The notes beneath the pieces were generated by a model, which was given only the letters and a program-made list of their open reading frames with translations, ran no database searches and had not been told where the DNA came from. The position numbers and the translations under genes are program-made. A stretch of DNA of 64,000 bases from Tubiluchus corallicola (Eukaryota > Animalia > Priapulida): positions 186,001-250,000 of the forward strand of contig JAQGDQ010000208.1 of assembly GCA_030141605.1 (NCBI GenBank), written 5' to 3'. Below, piece after piece: positions 35,747 through 50,526 of this stretch. Every line of letters starts with the position of its first letter. Within the stretch, counting starts at the first letter, position 1.

Positions 35747-35995
35747 TTGTGTGTAACAAACATGTGGTACGCCTATTAATAATGCATTTTGTTTGTTCTT
35801 AATATGTCTTGTCGGCTGTTGTATCTGAGCTGCGAATTTGCTCAGGAATGCTGAACTTACGAACTCAAATATGTGAAGTGGAACACAGTTCGCGTTGCTA
35901 AGGCGAAAGTTTAAGGTTGTTGGTTTTATATGTAAGCTACACCAATTTAGTTTCACTTGGTTATTGAAAATTAGTGCTATTTGTTGCAGAGTAAA

Positions 35996-38900
35996 ATGTT
36001 ACTTCTAAATTCATTGGTAGCATTTGTATTTGTACTTCCAAACTTTTCTGGTGCAGCACCTGAGCGAAATGAGGCATTTCCGGAAACGACTTCCTGCTCC
36101 GGACTCAGCATCTTGGCCTGGAATATCCAGATTCTTGGTCAGAAAAAAATGGACAATGCCACAATTATAAATATAGTCACCAAGGTAAATTTTATATGGT
36201 AATTATAGGCCTTTGACGTAAGAGGGTGCTGTTTTGCGACTTGTCATAATCAACATGTGAGAAGGCAATAATGTGCTCTCAACTATGAAACCAGACCGTT
36301 TTGTTAAGAACTTTAAGCTGCACACTGCTGCCCACAGTGACCAGTCAAGGTAAAAATCTATCTAGTTTGCTAACCACAAAAAGTATCTTTAGATGTTCTT
36401 CTCGAAACGAGTGAACAAGTAGTACATGAAAGCAATTTTTTGGTAAAATAATTTGCGATAAAGGGTCAGAGAAAAATTTTAATTTTTAAGTAGTTGCTGT
36501 GCATCTAGCAATACTCACATTAGGGAATTAACTTATCCTGATATCAACAACCCTGGATGCTAGAGCTCGTCATTAGGTCAGAAAGCTTGTTATTATTAAG
36601 CTTATTCTTAGTGTAATTCTATATATAATGTATTATTATAAAAGATCTTAAATGTTTGGCGTCCATTATTGAAAATTCAACTGAACAAAAATCATAGACG
36701 TTTTTATGGATGGAAAGTTTTATTCTTTAAGTGTTGTTATGAAGTTGGTGATTTGTTTTCTTCTACTTTTCAATATATTTTGAAAAATTTAAATGTATTA
36801 AGGGAGCTTGTGTTAAATTATCAACAGATAATCAACTGTTAATATAAGTTCGTCTAGTGCGAGATTAAATTTTAAGTTTTATGTAGTAGTGTTCGAAATA
36901 TGAAGTCTGCGCACAGTAAGATCGTACGTTGGCATTTTAAAATTAGAAGGCAAGAGTTTTTTTAACTGTGTGAAAATTTGCTGTTGCCCTTTATATGTAT
37001 TCAAGTTCTATAGATGCTCATGGTAAATGTATAATGGTCACTGTCTGGTGGATATTTTATTTGTAACTTCAGCTTTTTTTCAGTGCAGATGTTTATGGTC
37101 ACATGGTTAGGTATTTTTTTCTCTTCGAGTTTTCTGTAATGACACTAGCAAAATTTTTCATTTTTAGGTCATGAAGGAACATGATATTATTTTGGTTCAG
37201 GAAATTCGTGATTCTGAAGAAATGGTTCCTGGTCGCCTTCTAGATGCTTTAAAGTAAAACAGTTTATTTCTTATTTTGAAGATGCATTTACTTGTGAACC
37301 ATTTGAATGCCAATTTCAGTTAATAAGATAATGTTTTTTGCTTTATGGTTCTTTTTCTCTACATATATGATTCTTTTTCTCTACAGTATTACTCAATAGT
37401 CTTGATGAGTCTCACACTGCGAATTTTATTAGAATGTGACAAAAGATTTTTAGAATAATATGTGACAAATCACTTCAGCAAGAAAATTTGCAGCACTAAA
37501 CTCTGTTGCTTTTGAATTTTTTTTCTTTCAAAGTGCTGCTGGCATGTAAAAATCACTGTAGTGTGTATGACATGTATTGACACCTATATAACTATAGCTG
37601 CTGAAGTAAATTTTACTTCTTTTCACTGAAGAATTTTACCTTTTGTACTTATTTCAATTATTCAACTTGGGTTGAGGCAACACTTGCTTGAGCATCCCAG
37701 CCAAGTCATCCTACCCTGCACTTGATGGTTCCAAAAGTTAGGAGGGACCTAGCTGCGTCCCATATTAGAATAAGCAAATAGACAACAGAGATCTGTTAGC
37801 CACATTTTGTTGCATGTTATAAATTTTCCCTATACAAAGTAAATGGCTTGAATCAGTATGGAATGAAATGAAATCAGCTAGAACAAGTATTGAACCCAGA
37901 CAGTCATAAACCATGCACTATACAGCCTTGGCATAGCTTAACTTTGATTGCAAAAGCATACACGCATGGCCACATGATTATATCTTTCTGCAGAATACTA
38001 GATAACTATTACTCCATATTATACGCACTACGTAAATCTGTACTTTTATGCATCAGAACAGACTTTTGATTCTATTTATTAGTTTGTTAAATTTACTTTT
38101 TTCAAACATGTCGTGTCAAGAATAAATATCCACTTAGTGTGAAACATGCTAGACAGAAGTTGATTGATTCAAACTGATGAATAACTGAACAGTTTGACTT
38201 TCTTTTTCAGTACTGCGTATGGAAGTGCTGCTTACAGTTACGTTGTCAGCCCCCGTCTTGGTTCAACTTCTTCAAAAGAGCAATATGCCATCTACTATAG
38301 GTATTACTTGATTTATAATTATCAACCCCTTATTTATCTTATTTATGATGGTCAAAAAGTGTTGTTTACAATTTGTTTTTTTCACAATTCGCTTCAGCCA
38401 AATGTTTGGACTACTTTGGTATACCATTTAGACTTACATATTGAATGGTGTCTTGGCTTTTTATTTGTGAGAACGTGTCATAATAGAGTACCGTTACATC
38501 TTGAGTGATTAAAAAAAGTTTAGCTTGACTTGAGTCAGTTGATGATTTCCTTGAAATGCCAAATTACATTTAGTGCAAAGTTCTAGGCAGAAGTAGCTGT
38601 GGAAAAATTATTTGGTGTAGTTCATTTTAGGACAAAGAAATTTGAGTGGCCTTGGTGTGTGTTTGATGACCAAAAGTTATAAAACACTGAATTTAATCAG
38701 TATTGGATGAATGGCTGATTGGTAGACTGACTGTACAATCTGTTATATACCCCAAGGCTATGCATTATTTAACTCCTTCCCGATGAGTACATACATTTAC
38801 CTATCATCTATGACGGGTAAAAGCAATGCCTTATTAGCTAAACTTTACACTCTCCAAATTTAATAAAGTTGGAATAAGAAAAATAAAAAAATATCTTTAT

Positions 38901-41900
38901 CTATTATTTGTAAAGTTTGGAGCAATTTCACAGTGAGACCTGTCACTTGGGTATTATCAGTTACATGTCTATAGTGGGACAATTTCTGTTTATTTCACTT
39001 GTTAGTAGTACTGTATGTATGCTGTCACACCTTCAGCCTTTGCAAAAGCTGTTGCCAGTAAACAAACAAATAAAGGAATATCTATGTGCCCTACCTATAC
39101 TTATTCAGCTATTGATTTGGTGTGCCGGCTGTTAACTCAAGTGCCAGAAGACAATAGTTATCATTATGTGCAGCCAGTACAGACAGACTTATCTGCGGCA
39201 GGTACTACAATTTCAGTACAATTTTCATAATGTCTCATGCATTTGCATAGCTGTCAAATGTGCAAACTTGGAGTGATTTAAATACTTTGCAAAATTTTAT
39301 ACAGACTTGAACAGTTTTAGATACAAGCTGGAATCACTTGGAAGCTAAAAGACTTTGAAATGAATCTCTGTTGAAATTTTGCAAATTTTTTAAATTGTCC
39401 TGTTAATTACTCCATTGTAAAAACTCTAATAATTAATGTTAGAGTGCCAGATGGAAAGTTTAATTCTTTTTCAGAAAATATGTGGGTTTGCTTAGTATCT
39501 CATGCAGTGAGGCTGTTGTGGGCAGTTTTCTTCAGAGATGACAAAAACCACAGGAAGGAGATATGCGTACCCAAACCGGGCCAGAACATTTTGCCCATTT
39601 CATGTCTAATCTTAGAAGACTAATTTTCATAATGAAATATTTCCTGGTCCTACCATTGCCAGTGCTGTTGAATGCTAGATTCCATCTTCCAAGTGTCAAA
39701 TTTTATAAAAAAATGTATTTTTCACTAATGTTCTTTCAGTAATGTTAGTGAGGAGCTCAAAATTTGATGTGTTTTTGTCTTTTTTTATACAGGACAGATA
39801 AAGGAAATTTTTTAGATCATCATGTTTACAATGATGCTGGTAAAAAGTTTGAGAGACCACCAATAGTTGCACGGTTTGAAACAAATTCAGGTGCTAGTGG
39901 TAAGTTTAGTCCTATCTCTCTTACTTTTTGTTAATTAGGAGCTGCATTATATCTTACAGGCAGTGCTCATCAAAAACTCACATTTATTTATTTAGCATAT
40001 TGTTTTACATGTAAGTAAGCACACATTTGAATTTACACAATTTTTATCAGAGGCAGTTGTAGAGACAGTTAATTTCTTTGAATGAGACTGTAGTTTTTGT
40101 CTGTTTTGCACGGTCTCTTTTTACGTTTGTCTGCACATTCTGACATATCCAGTTTATTTGATTCTCTTTTGCAGTGTGTTTCCTGATACATTTGTTTGTT
40201 TATGTTCTAGATGTCTTGCATGATTTCTTTTTTGCCGGAATACATACGAAACCAGATGACGCAAAAGAAGAAATTGATGCATTAGTTGATGTGTATGATA
40301 CAGAATCCAGTCAATATGGTCAATTGGTAAGTCTAAGAATTTGGATAGAGAATTGTCAAGATGCTGATTGAATGTATTTGATGCGATAAGTTTAATTATT
40401 AACAATAACTTCCACCATTTGAGATTATTAATCAAGGCAAACATTTTCAAGTCAGTGTTTTTTTTTCTTAGCAGTGTCAACAGTAAAACTACTTATATCT
40501 AAAGCATCATTTTTACTTGTTTAATTACTGTAAATGATTTTTTTTTTACTTTGTAAATGTCTCCTTAGAAATATAAACTCACTAATATATGTCCTTGGCT
40601 TACACTTGCCGTATATACATGTGTACAAGTCGATGTGCATTTTAAGACCAAAAATTGCATCATTTTATATATTACCTGTGTACAAGTCGACCATAAAATA
40701 TTAAGATCTTCCAGAGTAAATGATGTCAACAATGGGCGAGTAATGAATCAATAGCCTACTGTGTTAGTGTGTAAGATACGTGCAAGTGCCTGGGCCGAGT
40801 ATATTATACCTACCCGATGTGTATATATATATTCATGTTGCGGGCCCTCAATGCAATCCATGATAATGCAGCCTGACCTTTCATCGCGCATAATTGGTTG
40901 TAATGCCTTTAACCCTAGGATATCGCGGCCAGGATACATCGTAACATTTCAACATATTTGTATTGTTGACGACTCTTTAGCGTCATCTCCCAAAAACATG
41001 TCATAAGTATAAGTCAACCCCGAAAATTTCACCTTAAAATTGCCTCCAAAAAATTCGACTTGTACATAAGTATATAAGGTATTTTACAGAATGCAATTCT
41101 GATGGGTGATTTCAATGCTGATTGCACCTACGTGTGTAAGAGTTGTTGGGATGACATTCGCCTTCGCACACAGGAGCGATTTCACTGGCCCATTGGTGAT
41201 GATGTTGATACAACCACGACCAATTCTGACTGCGCTTATGACAGGTAGGAATCTGTGAGTTCAAACTTGGCTGTATTTTGTTTTTTGCGAAAACTCATAC
41301 TTTTGGCAAATTTTTTATTCATATTTCCACTTCTACATATACTGGCATATATTTTTTTATTTAAGTACATACTTAATAGTATATTATTCTGTGTTTTACA
41401 GTTAGTATTTAGAATTTTGGATTAAAAACTTTATTTGTTTAGTGTAACGATTATTCTCATCTTTGTGATTCTGCATAGGCTATGTTGTATATATGTTTAT
41501 ATATTGCACCTAGTTTATATGTTTTATACATTATATTATAGGCATGTATATTTTTTCCTTACAAATTTGATTTATAAAATTTCTAAGTAATAGCATGTTG
41601 TATCTTATGTAGGAATTTTCCTTCAACTATAAGATAATGAATGGCCTGATAGATTATAAGAAACTGTAAATCAGGCTTTCTCTTGTTTAAACAAAATTAA
41701 GTTTTATAACCTTTGGTGCATAAAAAACAAATCAAGCCAATTTGCTTACATGTGTTTTATATTTTTTATTGAATCTTAATTAGTATTCAGTGATTAGTGG
41801 TTTCGTGCATTCATTTTACTTTTCGTTCAGTAAATATCACATTTTATTAGCCTTTTGCAATGAATTGCTGTGTGTTTCTGTTTCATCACCTGCCTTACTT

Positions 41901-42611
41901 ATTTTTGCACCTAACTCAAATTGTTGAATACTTCATTTTTTGAGGAGAGGATAGGAATATGAAAATATGTGCATATATATGTTGTGAGAGACTGTTGTAT
42001 TTCTTTGTATTTCAGGTTTGTCTATATTGGTAACGAGGTGATTAATACCTTCGGTGGAGCGGAAATAATTGACTTCCAGAAAATTTATGGGTTGAGTAAC
42101 GACCTGGTAAGAGCTACTTTTTAGCATTATTAGGATAACATGATGTAACACCATGCTTGGTGTTAGTATTCGATCTAATGCACGTCTGTAGGTTATCTGT
42201 GAAGCCCCAACAAATTAACGCCCTGACGAGCATTTCTCCCATCAAAACAGCAGTCAACAATATACTTATGAATGTCCCAAGGACATTAATTAGGCATCAG
42301 TGCTTAAGTGCGCACTATCACCTGACAACATGTTGAACTACAAAAATGATGATATAAGCATTTAATCTTAGGCCCTAATACAATACATTCAGTTGATAAA
42401 AAAACTACATCATAATGTAGAAATGTGCCTCTACCTATATTTTTACACAAATTTATACAGGCGGTAATGGCCGTGTGAATACATGCATATCATTTGCATG
42501 AATGGCTCATGACCACCTCTGTTCATACTTGCTCTAAAAGGCTTCATTCACCATACTGATTCCTACCTGCTTACCTCATGCAAGAAAAATATGTAGTTTG
42601 TATTTACGCCC

Positions 42612-42656
<45 letters not shown>

Positions 42657-43951
42657 TGTGCTGCCATCATTCATCTGTGTAGCCAATTTTTACTGTACTT
42701 CGGTTAGCGTTGTCTTTTAGTTATCCCTTTAATATGCTTAAACTGTAGTCTAAGAATTGCAAGTTCAAGCCTCATACTAACTTTTGATTTCTTGTCACTC
42801 TTTAAGAAGGGCAGCTTATTGATTGGTGCTACATAGAAAATAGCTTGGTGTGAAGGAATGGATGACTAAAAATGAGTGCGAAGCATAGTGTCCCATGTTA
42901 GAGGCCAATTACATCAAGCTTAAAAAAATTGTCTTGAAGTTTTATATTACTTACATACTGTCTTTTTGCATGCAGGGTTTGCATCGGCAATAACGCTATA
43001 CAAAACTTGAAAATTTAAACTCCCGCGATGACTGATAGTTGCAGCCATTTTAATAGTAGGTCGTTTGAAACAAGTTTAGATAACATTGCGTTAAGTTTGA
43101 AAAAATAATCAGGGCATGCATAGCACACATGTTACTACTAACTAAGTAAAATTTTAGATTACTGTATCTTGTCAGTAATATTAAAAATATGTTTTTGGTT
43201 AGTCAGTGGCACACCCTGGAGGGTGAGGCAGCGACATTTTACCATTTGGCACGAGAATTTTAAATTACAGTTTCTAGTTACATAAGTCTTTACAGCAGGT
43301 GAGTCAAATGCTAAGTTAATATAGATTTGCATGGAAAATCTTTTGGGACATAATTTAACATTGCCCTTTCTTCCCCTGATTTATGTTTGCGTTTGGTGAC
43401 TTTATGTAAGGGCGACTTTGGAAGAGTATTACGGGTGATTTAAAATGAAAACAAACAAAAATTCCTTTTAACGCATGTACGATATATGCATAAAAATGCC
43501 GTAAAGTATTATAATTTTTACGGTGATTTTTCTAAAACCTACTTCAACTACCCCTTTTCTTGTCCTTTAAGCCAGGAGTGTGTGTCTGCCAGCATCGTAT
43601 GTTTCCTAAAAATTGTTCAGAAACTGGTATGGTCTGCAAATATAAAGGAGCAAGAATGTAAATTGAATTTTTATAAATTCAGCTTTTTTTTACAAGCACT
43701 AAATATCAAATGCGGGTTAGAGTTGTAACTAATTGTTTTATGCCTTTTTAGTTTTTAGACATTAAAAGTCGGACTCAAATAGTCAATTGATTTTTCAGGC
43801 GCAAGATGTGAGTGATCATTATCCAATAAGAATGCTGATCAGGTGTCAGGATCATAACGTAATTCGTGCTGAAAGCTGTGCCCCTAGATTTTTCACATTT
43901 TTCTCTTTAGTAATTTTCATCACTGTTGCATGGCTTTTAGGGATATATTAG
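35996..43951 (+). CDS. Deoxyribonuclease I-family protein, copy A (about 328 aa; signal peptide and C-terminal GPI-anchor-like hydrophobic tail)
   Basis: Eight GT-AG exons join in frame: 35996-36184, 37168-37253, 38211-38300, 39793-39899, 40211-40326, 41090-41244, 42016-42106, 43799-43951. DNase I motifs AWNIQILG, VQEIRD, KEQY, FERPP, GIHTKP, MGDFNADC, CAYDR, SDHYP. Ends ..AESCAPRFFTFFSLVIFITVAWLLGIY*. Confidence 0.93.
40609..41079. mobile_element. Tc2/pogo-like MITE in the intron before coding exon 6 of DNase copy A
   Basis: TIRs ccgtatatacatgtgtacaagtcga / tcgacttgtacataagtatataagg followed by TA; internal aagtcga repeats; absent from the paralogous intron of copy B. Confidence 0.75.
42613..42652. 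repeat. (TA)n microsatellite
   Basis: Perfect dinucleotide run. Confidence 0.95.
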
Positions 43952-46900
43952 CCACTTTTGGCACAAGTACATGGCTTTTGAATAGGTGATAGAATACTGT
44001 AGTGATAAACTTTTTTCAGTAACAGCAGTTGTGTGAAGATTAAAATTTCTTACGTGACTCTCCATGCAATACGAAGCTAATAATTTTAGTAGCAAGAAAG
44101 TTGTGCTGTAAAAGTCAAAACGCCTCTGTGAATCTTTTAATAATTCTTCAATTTTGTGATTGTGATAAAGATGACCTTAATTTAGCGAGGGCTTTGTGAA
44201 ACCGGTTGCAAATATTTTGATTTAGAAATCAAAAAGTCTCTAGAGTGCTGTTGAAATTTGCCAGTGCTTTACTTTTGTTGATAATTTTGTGACAGTTTAT
44301 GTCAGAAACAATTGATTTCACAGATAGTATATTAATGCTATAAAAAATTATGTGATATCATCTTGTTAGCATAATTATGTTATACTGTCGGATTTTGTAG
44401 ATGTTGTATTAATGCAATGGTATCTTATAGTTAGTACTAATGGTATATTCAAGGGATATAGCACCTTAGATGTGGCAAAATACATTTTTAGCCAATTTTT
44501 ACAATTCATTGAACTGTTTTGCTACTGTTTTAACAAGTGAACCTCAGTATTTTGTTAGCAAGGTGCTATTGTAGAACCAAAGCCTTTTTAAAAAATAAGT
44601 ACGACTTTGTGAAATTAATTTTATCATTTTAAATCAAGCTAATTTTATATTTAATTAATGATTGAGACATGGTGTCTTTTATTATTTGTATTATGATGCA
44701 CATTCCGATAAAATCAGAGTTCAGATGAAGTCAGATGAATCGTTTACATGACCAGACAAATGTGGATGACAAAATCAAATAGAGTGGGACAGACTTTGTC
44801 CAGAATGGGAAAATTTAACAACCGACTTCATGATTGACTCGTCGGATGAATGTCGGGAGGTGCTGTGCTTTTATCCAGATAATGCCTTTCAACTGTGTGG
44901 CATTATTATTAACATCATTTATTTTTTGAACACACGTATGTACGAATACATAAGAGGTTGAATTAAAAATAAACTATTAAAAAGAAAAATCAGACCAGAA
45001 TGAACAATTATTAGTATACACAAATGTGAGTACAGTGCATTGTAACCAATAATGAAACTTCTCGCCTACACGTGACATCCTATAAACATAATATGAATGT
45101 GAAAATGCATATTAATTAGTGTAAATAAGACATACATTTAAAAAGCATTAATCTATTTATGTTTTGACCCTGGTGTGTATGAGGGGTGTCCCGAGTAAGC
45201 AAAGAGGGGATACGGCATTTAGCACAACAGTTAGATTATAAACTGTAGCATTTGGGTTTCTTTGTAAACGAAATAAAATCTGACGTCGTCCGACACTAGC
45301 TGACACTGTTGGTCACATAATCAGATGCAAATCATGAAAACTGGTTTGTATAGTAAAATAGTAATATTACTTACTTTGTTGGCATTGTTTGAACTCATTT
45401 ACTTTTTATATAAACTTTTTCATATCTAAGGAGCATAATATAGGAACGTATCAAAAATTACTACAGTGTGTAATATAAATTGTATACTAATTTCGTTCAA
45501 GCCTTTTTTCGTTGAATAATGTTGTTTTTCTATTTTTCCAATATATTTTACTATTATTGGATAATTTATTATTGAGACGTACTACAATTTGCAGGCCTGT
45601 ATGTAATATTATTTAAACAGCACATTTAGTAAGATACCAAGCTTACTAGTCTAAAACTGGCAGTCAAAAGAGAATATTTTGTTTTTTTTCTAGTTATATG
45701 AATTTGCTTAATTAGAGCATAATTAAGTACCATGAATGAAATTTACATGTTTACGTAGTCAAGCTCATCAGAAATTAGTAGTTGACTGATATACTGCCTG
45801 TCTAGTCTTTTTGTTGTACCTTACTCTGTCACCAAGTGTCTGTCACTTATAATTGTGTCTCCATGTCCTTTTAGAAGTGAATGATATTGAGATTGTCCTT
45901 CTGTAGCAGCAAAACAGTAATTCCAGTAAAAAATTTTGTGCTTTTATGTTTGATCATTGTTATTTCTTGGCGTAGTTATCAGATGTTCTGGATTATACGT
46001 GACTGAAAAGTTTTTTACCGATTGCATGTCTTTGATAGTAAGCTAAACATTAATGGACAGCTATTCTTGTAGCATGATTTAATATTAGAAGACAATCTTT
46101 ATCAAGTATTTTGGAACTTTCTGTAACCTGTAACTAAATTTTATCTTTTTGTATAAGAAATGCTGTTACATGTACAGTATTCATTTAAAAAAATGTGTTA
46201 GAATCGCTGTTATGAGAGCTTACACGCTTATGTAATTATGTGTTTTTTAAATTATAGGCAAATATTTATGCTAATATGAATGTAAGCATTTTAAATTAAT
46301 TAAAACTGTGATTGCCTATTTTTGCTACGGTAAGATTTTACAAATTATCAATATTCTATTTCGATTAATTGGTAGAAACATTTCCAGTATTATTTTTAAT
46401 ATTTTGTACTAGTAAAACAAATAATAGATTGTTCATGTGCAGTGATTAGTTATTTTTAGTTGATGCTTTTGTGAACAGCTGTGTTTGTTTATTTTAGAGT
46501 TCTACTTATTTGAGAAAGATGCGAGACCTGGGCTGGTGCTAAAATTTTGCCCCAACTTCGGAAAGTTGATTTCTGTTCCGGACAGTGGCTCGTAGCTAAA
46601 ATTACTGGGTGTGCTGTTTCAGAAAATTTTTAGCCATTCTTTTAATACTTCTTCTAAACGAAACAAACACGTGTAATTTTAATGCTGTAATTGTAATTTT
46701 AACCAAGAAACACACAAAAATTTATACATAAACTTGATAAAACCCTAAACAAAAAATATTGTTTGCTTGCGAATAGCCTAAATTGTCGCAATTCAAGAAT
46801 TTGCCGGTATACGGCTTTTAAGCACGTGACAACTGACAACACACGCTGTGTGAGCGACAATACTCTTTCTACCTAAAGTGCAGCATCTTATCTCAGACAT

Positions 46901-49900
46901 GGCCATTACTGACAAGACACCGTTTTAACACTTTTACCCATGTCATATGGCCACGCCCACTTTCTGATAAATACTTAATACATATCTACCCATACTTGGC
47001 TACGCGTCCATGAAAAACGTAGACGCCTAGTCTAATATCTGTAAGAGGAGTTGAATGTCAAAGTCGTTTTTTTCACATTTTACTCCTGCTGCTGTGACTT
47101 TTGACCCAGAGCTCACCACCTTTCTTTTACTATTTCCTGGGCACCTATCTCAAGTGGCTTCTACCTTGGGCCCTTCAGAAATACCAGATTTTTAAAACCC
47201 CAGGTGCACATGCCCATAATGCCTAAATACTTATGAGAAAATTTGAAAACTGAACGCCTACGAGGAAATGCAAAGTAACACACTATGAATTTCGTGATCC
47301 TAGCTTGCAAGACTAACGAAATATGTTTGCGGAGAATAAATAGAGAAATAACTGCATGGGAATCAAGAAGATTCTGCTATAACTAAATCTTAATTATAGT
47401 TATTATAAGAGAATGATGGTAATCAATCATGGAAAACGTGTCAATATGGGCACTTCTAACCGTTTTAGATGATATTAAAAATTGAAGACAGCAAACAATT
47501 CATGCTTTTCTTCAGCGCCAGAATAGTTTTAACACAAGACTTCGATTATTTAATGCATACATTACTTGCCTGTTTTTGTATATTAAAAATGAAGATTTAT
47601 ACACTAGAACAAAAGTGAGTCAAAAGATAGGTGCAGATAGGTGTGGGTGGAATACTGTAATATAAAATATGGTAATTCCTCAATGTCTACAAGAGACAGA
47701 ATGAAAATTTGATGGTGACATGACAATTTCGGTCTTTTGTTTTTTTCTGCATTAAAAATTCGTTATGCATTACTTTTCAAACTTTCATTGACGTCGTTTT
47801 CAAGCAAGGCATGTCGACTAACAATTACGCACACATAAACTAACCGCACTTAAGGCTTCAAAACAGTAAACGTTTCTCCTACACAGAATTCACGAATAAA
47901 AACTTAAGAGTGGTCTCCACCGCCCAGCATTGTCACTCATTAGATTCACTTGGTTTTGTGCGTCATTATGTATACACGTATGTTGATATGCACTGCAATA
48001 CATACTATAATGCAATCATTGTGGACAATTTAAAAATCTTTAATCTTTAAACATTTAGTTACATTTTTATTACAAGTTAGAGCAGCAGTTACATGTTTAT
48101 TGCAAGCCAACTCCAAATATTATGAGTAGTAGTAGGAATTTTGAAACACATGTTACTCCAATTTCCCTGTCAGAATAGAGTTACTCATTTTACTAGAGCT
48201 GATTAATTATTCAAAGAGGCCGAAGCTGAGTCAGTTGTTTACGAATGATTACGAGTCAGTTCCAGGTTAATTTCGAGGAATTCTCGTTTGGAAAACTATG
48301 TCTATAACTTTTGCTTATGTGTAGCCTGATTTATTTATTTGTTGACATTTATGCACATATTAAAATTATATAAGAGAAAGAATCGGCAGGCGCAAGCGCA
48401 GTTACGCTGATCCTATAAACCATAAAAATTATGCACAAAAATAAAATCTATAAAAACAATACCTTAAAATTGAATGCGTCTCATTAAAAAGCTCCCAATA
48501 AAATGTAACTAAATATGAATTATATACTATATACAACACGTTTTATACAATAATGTGGTTTGGAGAGAACCAATTACCCCAATGACAGTGTTACATATTT
48601 CGAATGAAGTTGCAATAAGGCAGTAAATTAACATTAACACTAACAAAAACTGACACACTAGTAGCAAGAACTACATGAGAATTCAGAGTATTTAAAATGT
48701 TTGCGACTCTGTTAGTAAATGAAAATGAGAATTTTAAGACGTTTAAAGGAAGAATGGATGATTTTTCATATACTACTCCGTTTTCAAGAGCGATAAAAAG
48801 TATGCATTACATTAGAAAATTAATTAACCACGGGCGAGCCCAACTATTGATAACATCACAGACTAACGTCATTTTCAACAGCAAAAATGTTCTGCGAGCT
48901 GTTGCACGTGTTTGTGAAAAATAAAATTGAAGTACAGTGTTATTGTAAGATATTCAGGGTCTTGTACTAAAACTAGGCAAGTTTTAAGATAAAAATTTCA
49001 AATTTACCTCTGTACTCATGCATGAGCTGTCGAACGTGTCTAGTTCGTCACAAACTAAAACATCTGAACTGAAAGGAACAGCACTGTTTTTTGTGCAATG
49101 CGTTTCCGAAATGCAGGTGTTAGTGCCCCTCTAACTAGCAAATAGCGAAGAACTAATGTCGTTGTGTTGTTGTCGCACGCGAAATTGTGTTTGTGTGGTA
49201 ATAATTCTTTCACGTAAGTCATTTTTGAAAAATTGTAGGTTTTCTTTCAATATATTAAAGAATAGATTGTTTTGATCTACAGTTTATCCGGTTGGGTCCG
49301 GTTTTGCTCTCGAAAAAGACGTAAGCAGTTTAAAGTTTGTGTTTATGAAAAAGTGCAATCAATTTATCTGCTGAGTACACATTAGTTGTGACTGTCATGT
49401 TGTTTAGTTTGCTAAAGACAGTTGTTATCCAGCGTTAACTGCTTCCCGAATACCGCTGAGCGTGCTTACGTCACTGCGGTAGCGGAGCGATAGACCAATG
49501 TGCTTGAAGTCAATTCGTCTAACGATGGCTTACGACACATGTACGCATATCCAAACATTACTACTAGAATTACACTTACGGCTCAAACCTAGGCTCGTCG
49601 TAAGCCCGTAGTCGCGCAAAATGTGCCGTACGCTCCATCTAGCATTGTGCCTGATAATTTAAATCACATGTCTTTTCCATCTGTTTCAGACATTCAATAA
49701 GAACCACCTAGATATAAATCACGTAAATGTAAACAAAAAATCTAGCAAGTTCCATTAATTTGGACATTGAACACGTACAACCTAGATATAAATTTGTGTA
49801 AATGTAAACAAATAATCCAGGTTGAGCCTTAATCGCTGTTACTGAGTTAGCAATAGGGTGAATTCTTTGCTTACACAAAATCTTTAAAGCTGCATTAGAT

Positions 49901-50526
49901 CAACGTGCATCTCTGATGTAAGATAAATGCTAAATTTATTCACCGTTTTTAAACGTTTCTAGATTTTGGTTACTGACTTAAGTAAGTGTGTGTGTTTTGT
50001 TGTTGTTCAAAAAATTGTGTTACATGCATCAGGGTATCAGAAATGTAATTGTGCTTCTAAACGCTTTTTCACAATTTCGCACATTTTAATTTTGCCAACG
50101 GCACCTGACTGTATTTTAAAGGCTCTATTTCATTTCACTCTCTATGGCCATTCACATTTATAATTAAGCCACAATTTAATCTTTTTTATGTGTTTTGAGC
50201 ATTTATTTTCATTTTCTCCAAACAAACCGTGTTTTAGACCCGTTATTTGCACGCTTTGTTTTTCCTTCGTATTTGGTGTTAGCTATTATGTGTGAGCTCA
50301 GTGTTTGCTCAGCAATACAGCTAACGCTCACTGAATTTAGCTAACCAGAGGAAATTATATGAGCTACAGCTAAATTTACTAAAGTGACCGTAAAAATATT
50401 CTGTGGACTCTATGGTTGATTTGAATGTTCGTTAGCCTATCCTCAACTTCATAGGTTGAGCTCAGCGGTGAGCTGTACAAAATCGGTTTCTTATTTACTT
50501 AAAATCCGTCTTTTTTGCAGATTAAA

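Noticed and set aside
49430-49650. CpG-rich patch with a short inverted repeat (ggcttacgac/gtcgtaagcc) upstream of DNase copy B as a structured ncRNA
   Set aside because: No recognisable RNA family motif; equally consistent with a promoter patch or MITE remnant and cannot be supported from sequence alone.
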